A DNA stretch of 64,000 bases from Roseimaritima ulvae. Lineage in GTDB: Bacteria; Planctomycetota; Planctomycetia; Pirellulales; Pirellulaceae. The translations under genes and the position numbers were made by a program. The notes beneath the pieces are model-generated. The model ran no database searches. It was not told the DNA's origin and worked only from the letters and a program-made list of their open reading frames with translations. Each line of letters starts with the position of its first letter. The stretch's first letter is position 1. The stretch spans positions 3,699,404 to 3,763,403 of the forward strand of contig NZ_CP042914.1 in assembly GCF_008065135.1 (NCBI RefSeq). The letters run 5' to 3'. Shown here piece by piece: positions 9,923 through 18,681 of this stretch.

Positions 9923-10429
9923 GTAGGAAGGTCCTTCTTTCGCTGTTCACGTGAGCGTGATCGGTTGGCAGATAGCAAAACCTACCCGCGCCCTAACAAC
10001 TGTCGGCTCGCAGCGGCGTTTTGCTGCAAGAAACGTGACAGCGCCGTACGAGCGGTACCGGCTGGCTCAAGTTGGCGAAACAAGTCCTCCTTTTCGGTGA
10101 CCGAATGTGTGCTGGTTGAGGCCCCTATAACGCCGGAACATCCGGTAAAGGCCTCAGCAAATTGTGTGAAAGTCTAACTCTTATTTCATGCCATCTGCCA
10201 TTAAAACCAGCAAAATTGGGGTTTCGTTACCGCAGCGGCAAACACAAGCCCGCTAGTGCCGCCTTAAGGGGGAACGGCAGCGGGCCGGCGAGGCTGCGGC
10301 TCGGCGTCGGCGAAATTTCGCCCGTGGATGTGTTTTTTCGCCCCACATGCAAGCAATCCAATCCGCTGGCATAATGTTCCCTTCCCGTTCCCCTGCTTCG
10401 CCTCATCAAACCCCCATTCGCAGATTCCC

Positions 10430-11491
10430 ATGCCAGTCACGTACAAAGATGCCGGTGTCGATTTGGATGTGTACGCCCAATCGATGGGGCGACTGCCGGC
10501 TCTGATGCATCGTACCTTCAGCCCACGCGTACTGCAAAGCGATGGGGGGTTCGCGGGGCTCTTTCGGCTCGATTTCGAGGGCAAGCTGTTCTCGCGGAAC
10601 TATCGCCAACCGATCCTGGTCAGCGGAACCGACGGGGTGGGCACGAAACTGAAAATTGCACAGGAAACCAGCCGCCACGACACGGTGGGCATCGATTTGG
10701 TCGCGATGTGCGTCAACGATCTGTTGTGTACCGGCGCCGAACCGCTGTTCTTCTTAGATTACGTGGCGATGGGGCGGGACGACCCGGATCGGCTGGAAAA
10801 AATCGTTCAGGGAATCAGCGACGGCTGCCTGCAAGCCGATAGCGCGTTGCTGGGCGGTGAGACGGCGATCATGCCCGACATGTACGGCAATGACGACTAC
10901 GATCTGGCCGGGTTTTCCGTCGGCGTGGTCGAACAAAGCCGCTTGATCGACGGCCGCCAAATCGCCGCCGGGGATACGGTCTTGGGCATCGCCAGCAGCG
11001 GCCTGCATTCCAACGGTTTCAGCCTGGTCCGCAAAATCATCAAAGACGCCGGTCTGACCTGGGACGACCAACCCGAAGCTCTCGGCGGCGAATCGATTGC
11101 TGACGCCACGCTGCGGCCAACCCGGATTTACGTCTCCGCCCTACGCGCCGTTCAGAGCCACTACCGCGTCAAACAAGTCCTGCACGGAATCGCTCACATC
11201 ACCGGCGGCGGATTGGCCGAAAATCTCGGACGCGTCATGCCGACCAACGTGGACGCGGTGATCGACCCAGGCAGCTGGAAGCCGGCGCCGGTGTTCAGCT
11301 GGTTGCAGGAACTGGGCGGCGTGGCGGCCGAGGAGATGGAACGCGTGTTCAATATGGGCATCGGAATGGTCTTGGTGGTCAGCAACTATTACGCCGCCAG
11401 TGTCGCCGAACGCGTCGCCGCGGCCGGATACGAGTGCACTCCGATCGGCACCATCGTCGAGGGCAGCGGCACCGTCCGCTACGAGGAATAA
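10430..11491 (+). CDS. purM: Phosphoribosylformylglycinamidine cyclo-ligase (AIR synthetase) PurM. The ORF track starts at 10328, but the [11 protein letters not shown] start at 10430 matches the canonical N-terminus.
   Basis: The sequence [13 protein letters not shown]... GGFAGLF ... [11 protein letters not shown] ... is diagnostic of PurM. Confidence 0.9.
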   Translation: MPVTYKDAGVDLDVYAQSMGRLPALMHRTFSPRVLQSDGGFAGLFRLDFEGKLFSRNYRQPILVSGTDGVGTKLKIAQETSRHDTVGIDLVAMCVNDLLCTGAEPLFFLDYVAMGRDDPDRLEKIVQGISDGCLQADSALLGGETAIMPDMYGNDDYDLAGFSVGVVEQSRLIDGRQIAAGDTVLGIASSGLHSNGFSLVRKIIKDAGLTWDDQPEALGGESIADATLRPTRIYVSALRAVQSHYRVKQVLHGIAHITGGGLAENLGRVMPTNVDAVIDPGSWKPAPVFSWLQELGGVAAEEMERVFNMGIGMVLVVSNYYAASVAERVAAAGYECTPIGTIVEGSGTVRYEE

Positions 11492-11507
11492 AAAGCCATC
11501 CTCCACC

Positions 11508-11573
11508 CGTAGCCGAACTCGCCAGAGTTTGGACGTTTCCCGGAGCCCCCAAAGCCTGGCGACTTCGGCTACC
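11508..11573. repeat. REP-B pair (one + copy, one - copy) downstream of purM
   Basis: The sequence is cgtagccgaactcgccagagtttggacg ... cctggcgacttcggctacc. Confidence 0.7.
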
Positions 11574-11607
11574 AGCGTGCCAGACGGGGAAAAAACAAAC
11601 GCGGCGG

Positions 11608-12612
11608 CTAACTTACTGCGTGCGGCAGCGGTCGTCCGTTCAGGCCGGCGATGATGTTGTTGGCGGCGATCATCGCCATCTGCTCGCGGCTATCCCGGCT
11701 GGCGCTGCCGATATGCGGCGCGATCACACATTGGGGCAGGCCGACCAAGGGGTGTTCGGGCGGCAGGGGCTCGGGCGTGGTCACATCCAATCCAGCGGCA
11801 AAGATCTTTTTCTCCGTCAGCGCCTTGAGTAGTGCCGGCTGGTCGATGACTTCGCCGCGAGCGGTATTCACCAGCACAACGTGGGAACGCATTTGAGCAA
11901 ACTGCGGTGCATCGAGCATGCCCCGCGTTTCGTCACTCAGCGGACAGTGCACGGAGATGAAATCGCTGTTTGCCAGCAGAGTATCCAAATCGACGTGCCG
12001 GCCCCCCACCTGCTGGTTCGCCTCGGGCTTGGGCGAACGGGCGGTGTACAGGACGTCCATCGACCAGCCGGCGTGCATGCGGCAGGCGACGGCCAGCCCG
12101 ATCCGGCCCATACCGATGATCCCCAGTGTTTTGCCCGTCAGATCGACACCGATCAGCCCCAACGGCTCCCAGGTTTTCCAGTCTCCGTGACGGACCTGAT
12201 CAATCGCCTCGGGCAACCGGCGGGCGGCGGCAAGCAGCAACGTCACAGCCAAATCCGCCGTGGCGTCGGTCAGCACATCGGGCGTATTGCCCACCGCCAC
12301 GCCCCGCTGCTGGGCGGCCGCGACGTCGATATTGTTAAAACCGACTGCATAATTGCAGACCACACGCAGCTGCGGGCCCACCTGGTCAAGCAGTTCGCCG
12401 TCGACGCGGTCGCTAAGCAGCGTCAGCAAACCCTGGCAACCTTCGGCGTGTCGTAGCAATTCGTCGCGGTTGGGAGGCATATCGCCAGGCCACACCTCCA
12501 CCTTGGCAACTTGACGCAGGCATTCCAAACCTTTTTCGGGGATCTGGCGGGTGACAAACACCCGCGGGCGCGATTGGGGACTCATAGTTCTGGATCTCTG
12601 AGCGGAAAACAA
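11608..12612 (-). CDS. D-isomer-specific 2-hydroxyacid dehydrogenase (glyoxylate/hydroxypyruvate reductase-like). The start is possibly Met-10 (MSPQSRPRVFV).
   Basis: It has a GIIGMGRIGLAVA NAD-binding motif and the catalytic R/E/H region (HIGSAS). Confidence 0.8.
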   Translation of the reverse strand: MFSAQRSRTMSPQSRPRVFVTRQIPEKGLECLRQVAKVEVWPGDMPPNRDELLRHAEGCQGLLTLLSDRVDGELLDQVGPQLRVVCNYAVGFNNIDVAAAQQRGVAVGNTPDVLTDATADLAVTLLLAAARRLPEAIDQVRHGDWKTWEPLGLIGVDLTGKTLGIIGMGRIGLAVACRMHAGWSMDVLYTARSPKPEANQQVGGRHVDLDTLLANSDFISVHCPLSDETRGMLDAPQFAQMRSHVVLVNTARGEVIDQPALLKALTEKKIFAAGLDVTTPEPLPPEHPLVGLPQCVIAPHIGSASRDSREQMAMIAANNIIAGLNGRPLPHAVS

Positions 12613-12720
12613 ATCTCGGCGAGGAAACGAAAAACGACAAAAAAACTGGACGATCGCACACCTGCACTACGTTTGCGCGGAGCAACTCGCCATAATAGAC
12701 TGGAGATCTTAGGAACTTAC

Positions 12721-14451
12721 ATGCTCACGGAACCCACCACCATGACCGCTCTCGCTTACTGTCCACTTTCCTCGCCACGATCCCTTCGATCGACTGCTAG
12801 GTTCGTTTTGTTAGCAATCGCAGCGTCGGTAATGATTTCGCTACCCACCACGGTGTGGGCCGAGGGAGAAGGGCAGGCCGACCTGGACGAAGCGATGGTC
12901 AAGCGGATCGATGCCAAGTCGGCCAGCGATCTGCAGCAGGTCAGCACCTTGCTCGAGTCCGCGCTGGCCAAAGGCCTGGACGACGAAAATCAAGCCTTCG
13001 CCAAAAAGATGCTCGGAGCGGTCTCGCTGCAGAAAGGCCGCGCCTACGCGGAACAGATCAAACGCACCGGCGCTCGTGGCTTCCGCGAACTCCGCCGCGA
13101 AGCGATCGAAGCTCTGGAAACGGCGGTCAAGCACGACCCCACGTTGGCCGAAGCCCATCTGCTGATCGCACGGCTGAACGTGCTGCCCGGCGGCGACCAA
13201 GAACGCGCTCGTAAAGCCGCCACGGCGGCGATCCAACAATTGGGGGACGACGATCGCCAACGCAGCGAAGCCCTGGTGCTGCGAGCTTTGTTGCAAACCG
13301 ATAACGACGCCCGCATGGAAGATTTTGACCGGGCCATCAAAGCCGACCCCGAAAGTGTTCCGGCGCATCAAGGCCGCGCGATGCTGCGAATGCAGACCGG
13401 CGACACCGAAGCGGCCCTGGAAGACATGAAGAAGTTGATGGAGCTGACGCCGGAAAATTCCGCCGTGGTTGCCGAAGCCGTACGTGCGTTGTTGCGTCTG
13501 GAACGGACCGAAGACGCCGAAAAATTGCTCAGCGATGCCCTCTCCGATCAGCCTCGCGGCGAACTGTATCGGCTGCGAGCGGTGATCTACCAATCGCAAG
13601 AGAAAAATGACAATGCCTTGGACGATCTGGCCAAAGCCCTGACACTGGACGAACGTGACTTCGCCGCGTTGTTAATGCGAGCCGAGATTCTGCTCGGTCG
13701 AGATGATGTCAAAGGCGCCCGCCGCGATGTTAACAAAGCCATGCAAATCGAACCCAACAGCGTGCAAGGCATCTTGATGCGAAGCATGCTCGCGTACGAA
13801 GAAGGACGCATGGCCGACGCCATTAACGACATGCAGCTGCTGGTCAACTCGGTCCCGGACAACGAAGGCTTCGCCCTGCAGTTGGCCAATTTTTACCAGC
13901 TGGACAAACGGCCTCGTAAAGCCATCGCGGTGATCTCCAAACTGTTGGCTCGCGATGCCGAAAACTGGCGCGCCCTGCGGCTCCGCGGCGACGCTCAATT
14001 AAGCACGGTCGAACACGCCAAGGCCATCGCCGATTACGAATCCGCCCTGGAAATCATCAACAAAGAAGAGGACCAGTCGGATTTGGCGATCAGTAAGTCG
14101 GGCATCCTTAACAACCTCGCCTGGGTCCTGGCCACCTCCACCGATCCTGAGCTCCGCGATGGCGACCGGGCGCTAAAGTACGGCATGGAGGCTTCCGAGT
14201 TGACCGAGTTTAAGGAAGCCCACATCCTCAGCACGCTGGCGGCCGCTTACGCCGAAACCGGGGATTTTGAGAAAGCCATCGAGTGGTCGACCAAAGCCGT
14301 CGAACTGGGCGAGCAAGAACAGAACGAGCAACTCGACCAGCTGAAGAAGGAATTGGAAAACTACAAGCAGAACAAACCTTGGCGTGAGGAACAGGCCGTC
14401 GAGGAAAACACCGTGCCGATCCTTTCGCCCGAAGACATCATCGACACTTGA
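12721..14451 (+). CDS. Secreted TPR-repeat protein. The ORF track starts at 12511 and overlaps the upstream gene. The MLTEPTT start followed by a signal-like segment is more plausible.
   Basis: It has multiple TPR-like 34-residue repeats (AxxxYxxA / ALxLxP patterns). Confidence 0.65.
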   Translation: MLTEPTTMTALAYCPLSSPRSLRSTARFVLLAIAASVMISLPTTVWAEGEGQADLDEAMVKRIDAKSASDLQQVSTLLESALAKGLDDENQAFAKKMLGAVSLQKGRAYAEQIKRTGARGFRELRREAIEALETAVKHDPTLAEAHLLIARLNVLPGGDQERARKAATAAIQQLGDDDRQRSEALVLRALLQTDNDARMEDFDRAIKADPESVPAHQGRAMLRMQTGDTEAALEDMKKLMELTPENSAVVAEAVRALLRLERTEDAEKLLSDALSDQPRGELYRLRAVIYQSQEKNDNALDDLAKALTLDERDFAALLMRAEILLGRDDVKGARRDVNKAMQIEPNSVQGILMRSMLAYEEGRMADAINDMQLLVNSVPDNEGFALQLANFYQLDKRPRKAIAVISKLLARDAENWRALRLRGDAQLSTVEHAKAIADYESALEIINKEEDQSDLAISKSGILNNLAWVLATSTDPELRDGDRALKYGMEASELTEFKEAHILSTLAAAYAETGDFEKAIEWSTKAVELGEQEQNEQLDQLKKELENYKQNKPWREEQAVEENTVPILSPEDIIDT

Positions 14452-14452
14452 T

Positions 14453-14558
14453 CGTAGCCAAAGTCGCCAGACTTTGGACTCACACTCGTAGCATGGGCCC
14501 CTGGCCCGTGTGGCTAGTTGCCCCCGTTGTACTTCGGGCCGGGGCCCATGCTATAAGG
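14453..14558. repeat. Mixed REP cluster: one REP-B copy, then two REP-A copies (+ then -)
   Basis: The sequence is cgtagccaaagtcgccagactttggac, then cgtagcatgggcccctggcccgtgtgg, then cgggccggggcccatgctataagg. Confidence 0.7.
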
Positions 14559-14600
14559 GCGGAGTTCCGCCGCATACGTACGAAGAAATAGGATTTCCTT

Positions 14601-15533
14601 TTGCTCGCTAATCCCAACGCGTCCTGGCGCGACGAATATCGTTTCGCCTCACAGTGGATCGACCTCGATGGTCATCGCTACCACTACCTGGACGAAGGCG
14701 CGGGTCCGCAAACCGTGTTGGCCGTGCACGGCAACCCGACGTGGAGTTTCTATTACCGCGCATTGGCCGGCGAATTGCCCGTCGAGCAGAATGGGCGGGC
14801 CGGTTGCCGAGTCGTCGTGCCGGATCATATCGGATGCGGCTTGAGCGATAAGCCGCAGAACTACCGTTACACGCTGGCCCAGCATCGCGACAACTTGTTG
14901 CACCTGATCGACGAGCTCGACCTGCGGAACATCACGCTGGTCGTTCACGACTGGGGCGGAGCGATCGGTTTATCGGCGGCCATTGAACAACCACAGCGGT
15001 TTGCTTCGCTGGTGATCCTCAATACCGGAGCTTTTCCGCCGCCCTATATCCCACGCCGCATTTCTGCCTGTCGCATTCCGTTGGCGGGCACTTTGGCCGT
15101 TCGCGGCGGCAACGCGTTTTCCCGCGCTGCCATCACGATGGCCGTCGCCAAACAACCGCTGGCTCCCAAAGCCGCTGCGGGTTTGTTGGCGCCCTACGGC
15201 AATTGGCATGACCGCGTTGCCGTGAACGCATTTGTCAAAGACATTCCGATGCAGCCTTCGCACCCCACGTATGCCACGCTGCAATCGCTGGAGCAACGTT
15301 TGCCGACGCTTTCCCATCTGCCGACTCGTTTCGTGTGGGGCATGAAAGATTGGTGCTTCCGGCCCGAATGTTTGTACCGCTTGCAGAAAGTCTTTACCGA
15401 TCAACAGACTGTGGAACTTTCCGACGTCGGCCATTACGTGATGGAAGAAGCTCCGGGAGAAGTCATTCAAGCCGTACGGTCGGTGATGTCCGATGCGGAG
15501 TGTGCTGCGGTGGAGACTCGTAGCGGTGACTGA
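14601..15533 (+). CDS. Alpha/beta-hydrolase, haloalkane-dehalogenase-like subfamily
   Basis: It has HGNPTWSFYYR (the dehalogenase-type oxyanion region) and a DWGG nucleophile elbow. Confidence 0.7.
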   Translation: MLANPNASWRDEYRFASQWIDLDGHRYHYLDEGAGPQTVLAVHGNPTWSFYYRALAGELPVEQNGRAGCRVVVPDHIGCGLSDKPQNYRYTLAQHRDNLLHLIDELDLRNITLVVHDWGGAIGLSAAIEQPQRFASLVILNTGAFPPPYIPRRISACRIPLAGTLAVRGGNAFSRAAITMAVAKQPLAPKAAAGLLAPYGNWHDRVAVNAFVKDIPMQPSHPTYATLQSLEQRLPTLSHLPTRFVWGMKDWCFRPECLYRLQKVFTDQQTVELSDVGHYVMEEAPGEVIQAVRSVMSDAECAAVETRSGD

Positions 15534-16383
15534 TCCGCTGGAGCCGATCCGGCGGAGCATCGCTTCGCCAGCGGACCGAGTTCGCTGGGCCTGCTTGCTG
15601 GAAGCCACCGCGCCTAAAGCCGGCAATGTGTTCCCCGGCGTAGATTTCGAAGACCTTCGCTACACCGATTTTGTTGCCGCCGCCGATGCCGTGGCGCCGG
15701 TACTGACCTCGCCGTCGCCGGGCGTGTCCTGTGGTGAACGAATTTTGCAAGCCGTGACGGTCACACGCGATGTCTGCGGTTCCAACGTGAACCTAGGCAT
15801 GGTGTTGTTGTTGGCCCCCCTGGTGATCGCCGAATCCAATCGCCAGCGCCGAGGACGTTGCTTGTCGGAGGCCGTGGCTGAGGTGTTGAGTTCGCTAACA
15901 CCCAACGACTCGGCCGATGTCTACGCCGCGATCGCGTTGGCACAGCCCGGCGGATTGGGGGACAGCCAACAGATGGACGTTCGCGAGGCAGCTCCGCCGA
16001 ACCTGGTCGCGGCGATGCAGGTGGCCGCCGAGCGCGACCGCGTCGCCCTGCAGTACGCTTGCGGATTTTCGGATCTATTGGGCGAGCGAGTGCTGGGCAC
16101 ACTGAGCCGTTCGATCGCCACCTGCGGCGATGTGCTGGGCGGCATCCAGCGGGCTCAGATTGAAATCTTGGCGGATGCGTCTGATTCACTGATCGGGCGA
16201 AAAGCAGGGCCGAAAATGGCGGAAGAAGCGCAGCGGCGAGCGGCCGAGGTGTTGGTGGCCAAGGATTTCCATGCCGCCTGGCAGGACTTCGACCGCTGGT
16301 TACGCGCCGACGGGCACCGCCGCAATCCCGGCACCACAGCCGACCTGCTCGCCGCGGGACTATGGTGTCTGCTTAGCCCGTAG
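15493..16383 (+). CDS. CitG/MdcB-family protein (ATP:dephospho-CoA triphosphoribosyl transferase-like). It overlaps the upstream hydrolase gene by 41 nt.
   Basis: The CitG-like pattern is PKAGNV...DF. No citrate-lyase or malonate-decarboxylase genes lie nearby. Confidence 0.55.
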   Translation: MRSVLRWRLVAVTDPLEPIRRSIASPADRVRWACLLEATAPKAGNVFPGVDFEDLRYTDFVAAADAVAPVLTSPSPGVSCGERILQAVTVTRDVCGSNVNLGMVLLLAPLVIAESNRQRRGRCLSEAVAEVLSSLTPNDSADVYAAIALAQPGGLGDSQQMDVREAAPPNLVAAMQVAAERDRVALQYACGFSDLLGERVLGTLSRSIATCGDVLGGIQRAQIEILADASDSLIGRKAGPKMAEEAQRRAAEVLVAKDFHAAWQDFDRWLRADGHRRNPGTTADLLAAGLWCLLSP

Positions 16384-16406
16384 CCGAAGTCGTCAGACTT
16401 TGGACG
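16377..16406. repeat. Single REP-B copy; its GTAG supplies the TAG stop codon of the CitG-like gene
   Basis: The sequence is cccgtagccgaagtcgtcagactttggacg. Confidence 0.65.
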
Positions 16407-16407
16407 C

Positions 16408-16770
16408 TTAGCCTTCGAAGACCGCTTCTTTGATCGCCGCGACGATCGCCGCGGGGCGACTGGCAAATGCCGTGGCACGTTCGACATCGATGCCCAATTC
16501 AGCCCCCAGCTTCTTGGCCAAGAAGACATCGCGGATTCCGTAATACTGGTTTGTCACGCGATTGCGTTCGTAGATCGTGTCGGCGTCGCGATCGAAGCCC
16601 GATTCGTAGGCGTCCGAAAGTTCCTCGATCCAGTCGTCGGGAACCCTGCGCAGCCGACAATGCTCCGGCGACCAAATATCGTCCCCGGTGCATTCGCTGA
16701 GCAACGCCAAAGCTCGATCACGCCGCATCGTCAACCAACGCATCGATTTTGGCGGCCACAATAAAATCAT
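16408..16770 (-). CDS. Hypothetical protein. The start is probably an internal Met, giving an ~11-nt overlap with the PCD gene.
   Basis: It is an ORF with normal codon usage. No motif is recognised. Confidence 0.3.
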   Translation of the reverse strand: MILLWPPKSMRWLTMRRDRALALLSECTGDDIWSPEHCRLRRVPDDWIEELSDAYESGFDRDADTIYERNRVTNQYYGIRDVFLAKKLGAELGIDVERATAFASRPAAIVAAIKEAVFEG

Positions 16771-17116
16771 TTTCGCTCAAACCACCAATGGCGTGCGTGG
16801 TCAGCACGATGGCGACGTGGCGATACCCGGTCAAATGCAGATCCGGATGATGCTGCTCCGCTTCGGCCAGCTCTCCGACTCGCTGCAGCAGCCGCATCGC
16901 TTCGACAAAATTTTTCAGTTTCCAAGTGCGACGAATCGCAGATTGGTCATCGTCGACCTGCCAGTTGGGAACGGCTTGCAGATGACGGGCCACTTGGTCC
17001 TTTGTCATCGCCGGCACACCGCCCTCACAGGGGAGGCAGCGTTTGGCCGTAAGCTGAGCAGCGTCCATTGGGCACCTTGAGGTTGGGGGGAAGCAATCAG
17101 CGCTATTATACGGCAA
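16718..17116 (-). CDS. Pterin-4a-carbinolamine dehydratase (PCD/PhhB family)
   Basis: The sequence EAEQHHPDLHLTGYRHVAIVLTTH matches the PCD signature [E]-x-H-H-P-x(5,6)-[YW]-x(9)-H. Confidence 0.8.
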   Translation of the reverse strand: MPYNSADCFPPTSRCPMDAAQLTAKRCLPCEGGVPAMTKDQVARHLQAVPNWQVDDDQSAIRRTWKLKNFVEAMRLLQRVGELAEAEQHHPDLHLTGYRHVAIVLTTHAIGGLSENDFIVAAKIDALVDDAA

Positions 17117-17202
17117 TTCGGGATGCCGACAGCCAAGCAGCAGCGAGCGGAGATTGAAAAGCAGCGGTTGAGAAACCGTTGGGAGGTTACGGTTGGGGGT
17201 AC

Positions 17203-17258
17203 GCTGGCCGGGGGCCCATGCTACGGAGGCGCGGGCACGGGCCGGGGGCCCATGCTAC
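17203..17258. repeat. Two tandem REP-A copies (- orientation)
   Basis: The sequence is ggccgggggcccatgctacgg ... cacgggccgggggcccatgctac. Confidence 0.7.
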
Positions 17259-17269
17259 TTTTGTTGAGG

Positions 17270-18430
17270 CTATTCGCTGGCGGGTTGGGCGGCGGGATAG
17301 GAGCCCAGGATATCCAATCGCATCGCCTGCTTCTTCAACGAGTCGATGGCGGCGGCGACCGGCGGATCGCTGCGGTGGCCTTCGCATTCGATAAAGAAGA
17401 AATACTCGGCGTTTTCGCCGACGATCGGAAACGATTCGATCCAGGTCAGGTTCAATCGGTTGTTTTTGAAAATCGCCATCGCGTCGGCCAGCGCTCCGGG
17501 TTTGTGTGCGACCTGAAGCAACATGGTCGTTTTGTCGCGCCCCGTGGCGTCTATGGTCTCGTTGCCGAGAACGGCAAACCGGGTCACGTTGTAGGGGCTG
17601 TCTTCGATGTTGGCATCGACCACGTCCAACCCGTATTGGCGACCGGCTTCGCGTCCGGCCACAGCGGCCACGCCCGGTTGCTCACTGGCAATGCGTGCCG
17701 CTTCGGTTGTACTGGCGACTTCCACAATTTGTGCCGTGGGTAGATGCCGCGCCAGCCAATGCCGACACTGCGAGAGGGCTTGCGGTTTGCTGCACACCTG
17801 CTTGATCGCTTCCCGCGGCGAACGCGACAAGAGGTTGTGATGAATCGGTAGAAACACTTCCCCGCAAATATGCACGCGATGTACGACAAACATCCCCAGC
17901 GTGTCCACGATGCGGCCATCGGTACTGTTCTCAATCGGCACGACTCCGCTGCGGCAGTCGCCGGCGACCACGCTTTCAAACACGGCTTCGATCGATTGCA
18001 CCGGGGCCAGCGCGGCGGCCGCGCCAAAGAAGCGGGTCGTAGCCATGTAGCTGTAGCTGTACTTGGGTCCCAAGAAGGCGACCCGTTGGTTCTCGCCGCC
18101 GCGAAGGCAAAAACTGGCTGCGTGCCGCAGCCAATCGCGGACCCCGGCTCGATCCAACGCGTCGGCATCGGCTGAGTCCGTAGCGGGAAGCATCTCCGCG
18201 AGCACTTGGTCGATGGCTTCGTTGGCACGGCTCATGCGGCCGATCAGCTCCGCCGGTGATTTCTGTAGGTCCGCCTGCACCACGGTCCGCCGCTGCCGCA
18301 GCAATTCAATTAATTGCCGGTCCAAACTGGCTAATTTGTCCGGTTTTGCGGACCGGTCCGGTGAGGCGGATGGATTCGGCGGCGGTGCATCGGTCACGGC
18401 GGTGGGTCCCTTCCCCTGGAGTGCTGTCAT
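17270..18430 (-). CDS. pheA: Bifunctional chorismate mutase / prephenate dehydratase PheA (CM + PDT + ACT domains)
   Basis: It has an N-terminal CM-like helix (LDRQLIELLRQRRTVVQAD), a PDT domain (RVAFLGPKYSYSYMA) and a C-terminal ACT-like region. Confidence 0.8.
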   Translation of the reverse strand: MTALQGKGPTAVTDAPPPNPSASPDRSAKPDKLASLDRQLIELLRQRRTVVQADLQKSPAELIGRMSRANEAIDQVLAEMLPATDSADADALDRAGVRDWLRHAASFCLRGGENQRVAFLGPKYSYSYMATTRFFGAAAALAPVQSIEAVFESVVAGDCRSGVVPIENSTDGRIVDTLGMFVVHRVHICGEVFLPIHHNLLSRSPREAIKQVCSKPQALSQCRHWLARHLPTAQIVEVASTTEAARIASEQPGVAAVAGREAGRQYGLDVVDANIEDSPYNVTRFAVLGNETIDATGRDKTTMLLQVAHKPGALADAMAIFKNNRLNLTWIESFPIVGENAEYFFFIECEGHRSDPPVAAAIDSLKKQAMRLDILGSYPAAQPASE

Positions 18431-18591
18431 TATGGCAAGTCGCCTGAAAACCCGGCTCGGGTGGAAATCCCATTCTGGCAGACAATGCCCGCTAGATTCT
18501 TGCCGAAGTCATTATTTGCAGTTTTGGAATATGCACAAGCCCTTAATGCAAAACGACTTATGTAAAACGGCAGTGCCGCCGGCAGCTTAAA

Positions 18592-18606
18592 TGGCACAGT
18601 TGTTGC
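18592..18606 (+). promoter_or_regulatory. Candidate sigma-54 (-24/-12) promoter TGGCAC-N5-TTGC, 76 nt upstream of the dnaK ATG
   Basis: The sequence is aaaTGGCACagttgTTGCCata. GG and GC are spaced exactly 12 nt apart, as in the RpoN consensus. Confidence 0.5.
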
Positions 18607-18681
18607 CATAGAGTGACTTTCGAAGAAACCGTTACACCTAACCGTTGGGGGACCGCCCCACATTACGCAGGAGAATGGACC

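Noticed and set aside
12511-12720. 5' extension of the TPR-protein ORF, and similar extensions at 10328-10429, 5018-5327 (minus strand), 61483-61674 and 56110-56414
   Set aside because: These extensions overlap neighbouring genes or run through REP hairpins. Internal starts give sensible N-termini: a signal peptide, [11 protein letters not shown] for PurM, or a position directly after the upstream stop.
16408-16770. Possibility that the 120-aa ORF is a toxin/antitoxin or nucleotidyltransferase partner of the PCD gene
   Set aside because: No recognisable motif supports this. It overlaps the PCD gene and may even be non-coding, so it is kept only as a low-confidence hypothetical CDS.
18440-18590. 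AT-richer leader upstream of dnaK, examined for CIRCE (TTAGCACTC-N9-GAGTGCTAA) or sigma-32 (CTTGAAA...CCCCAT) elements
   Set aside because: Neither consensus is present. Only the sigma-54-type motif stands out, and it is reported separately.
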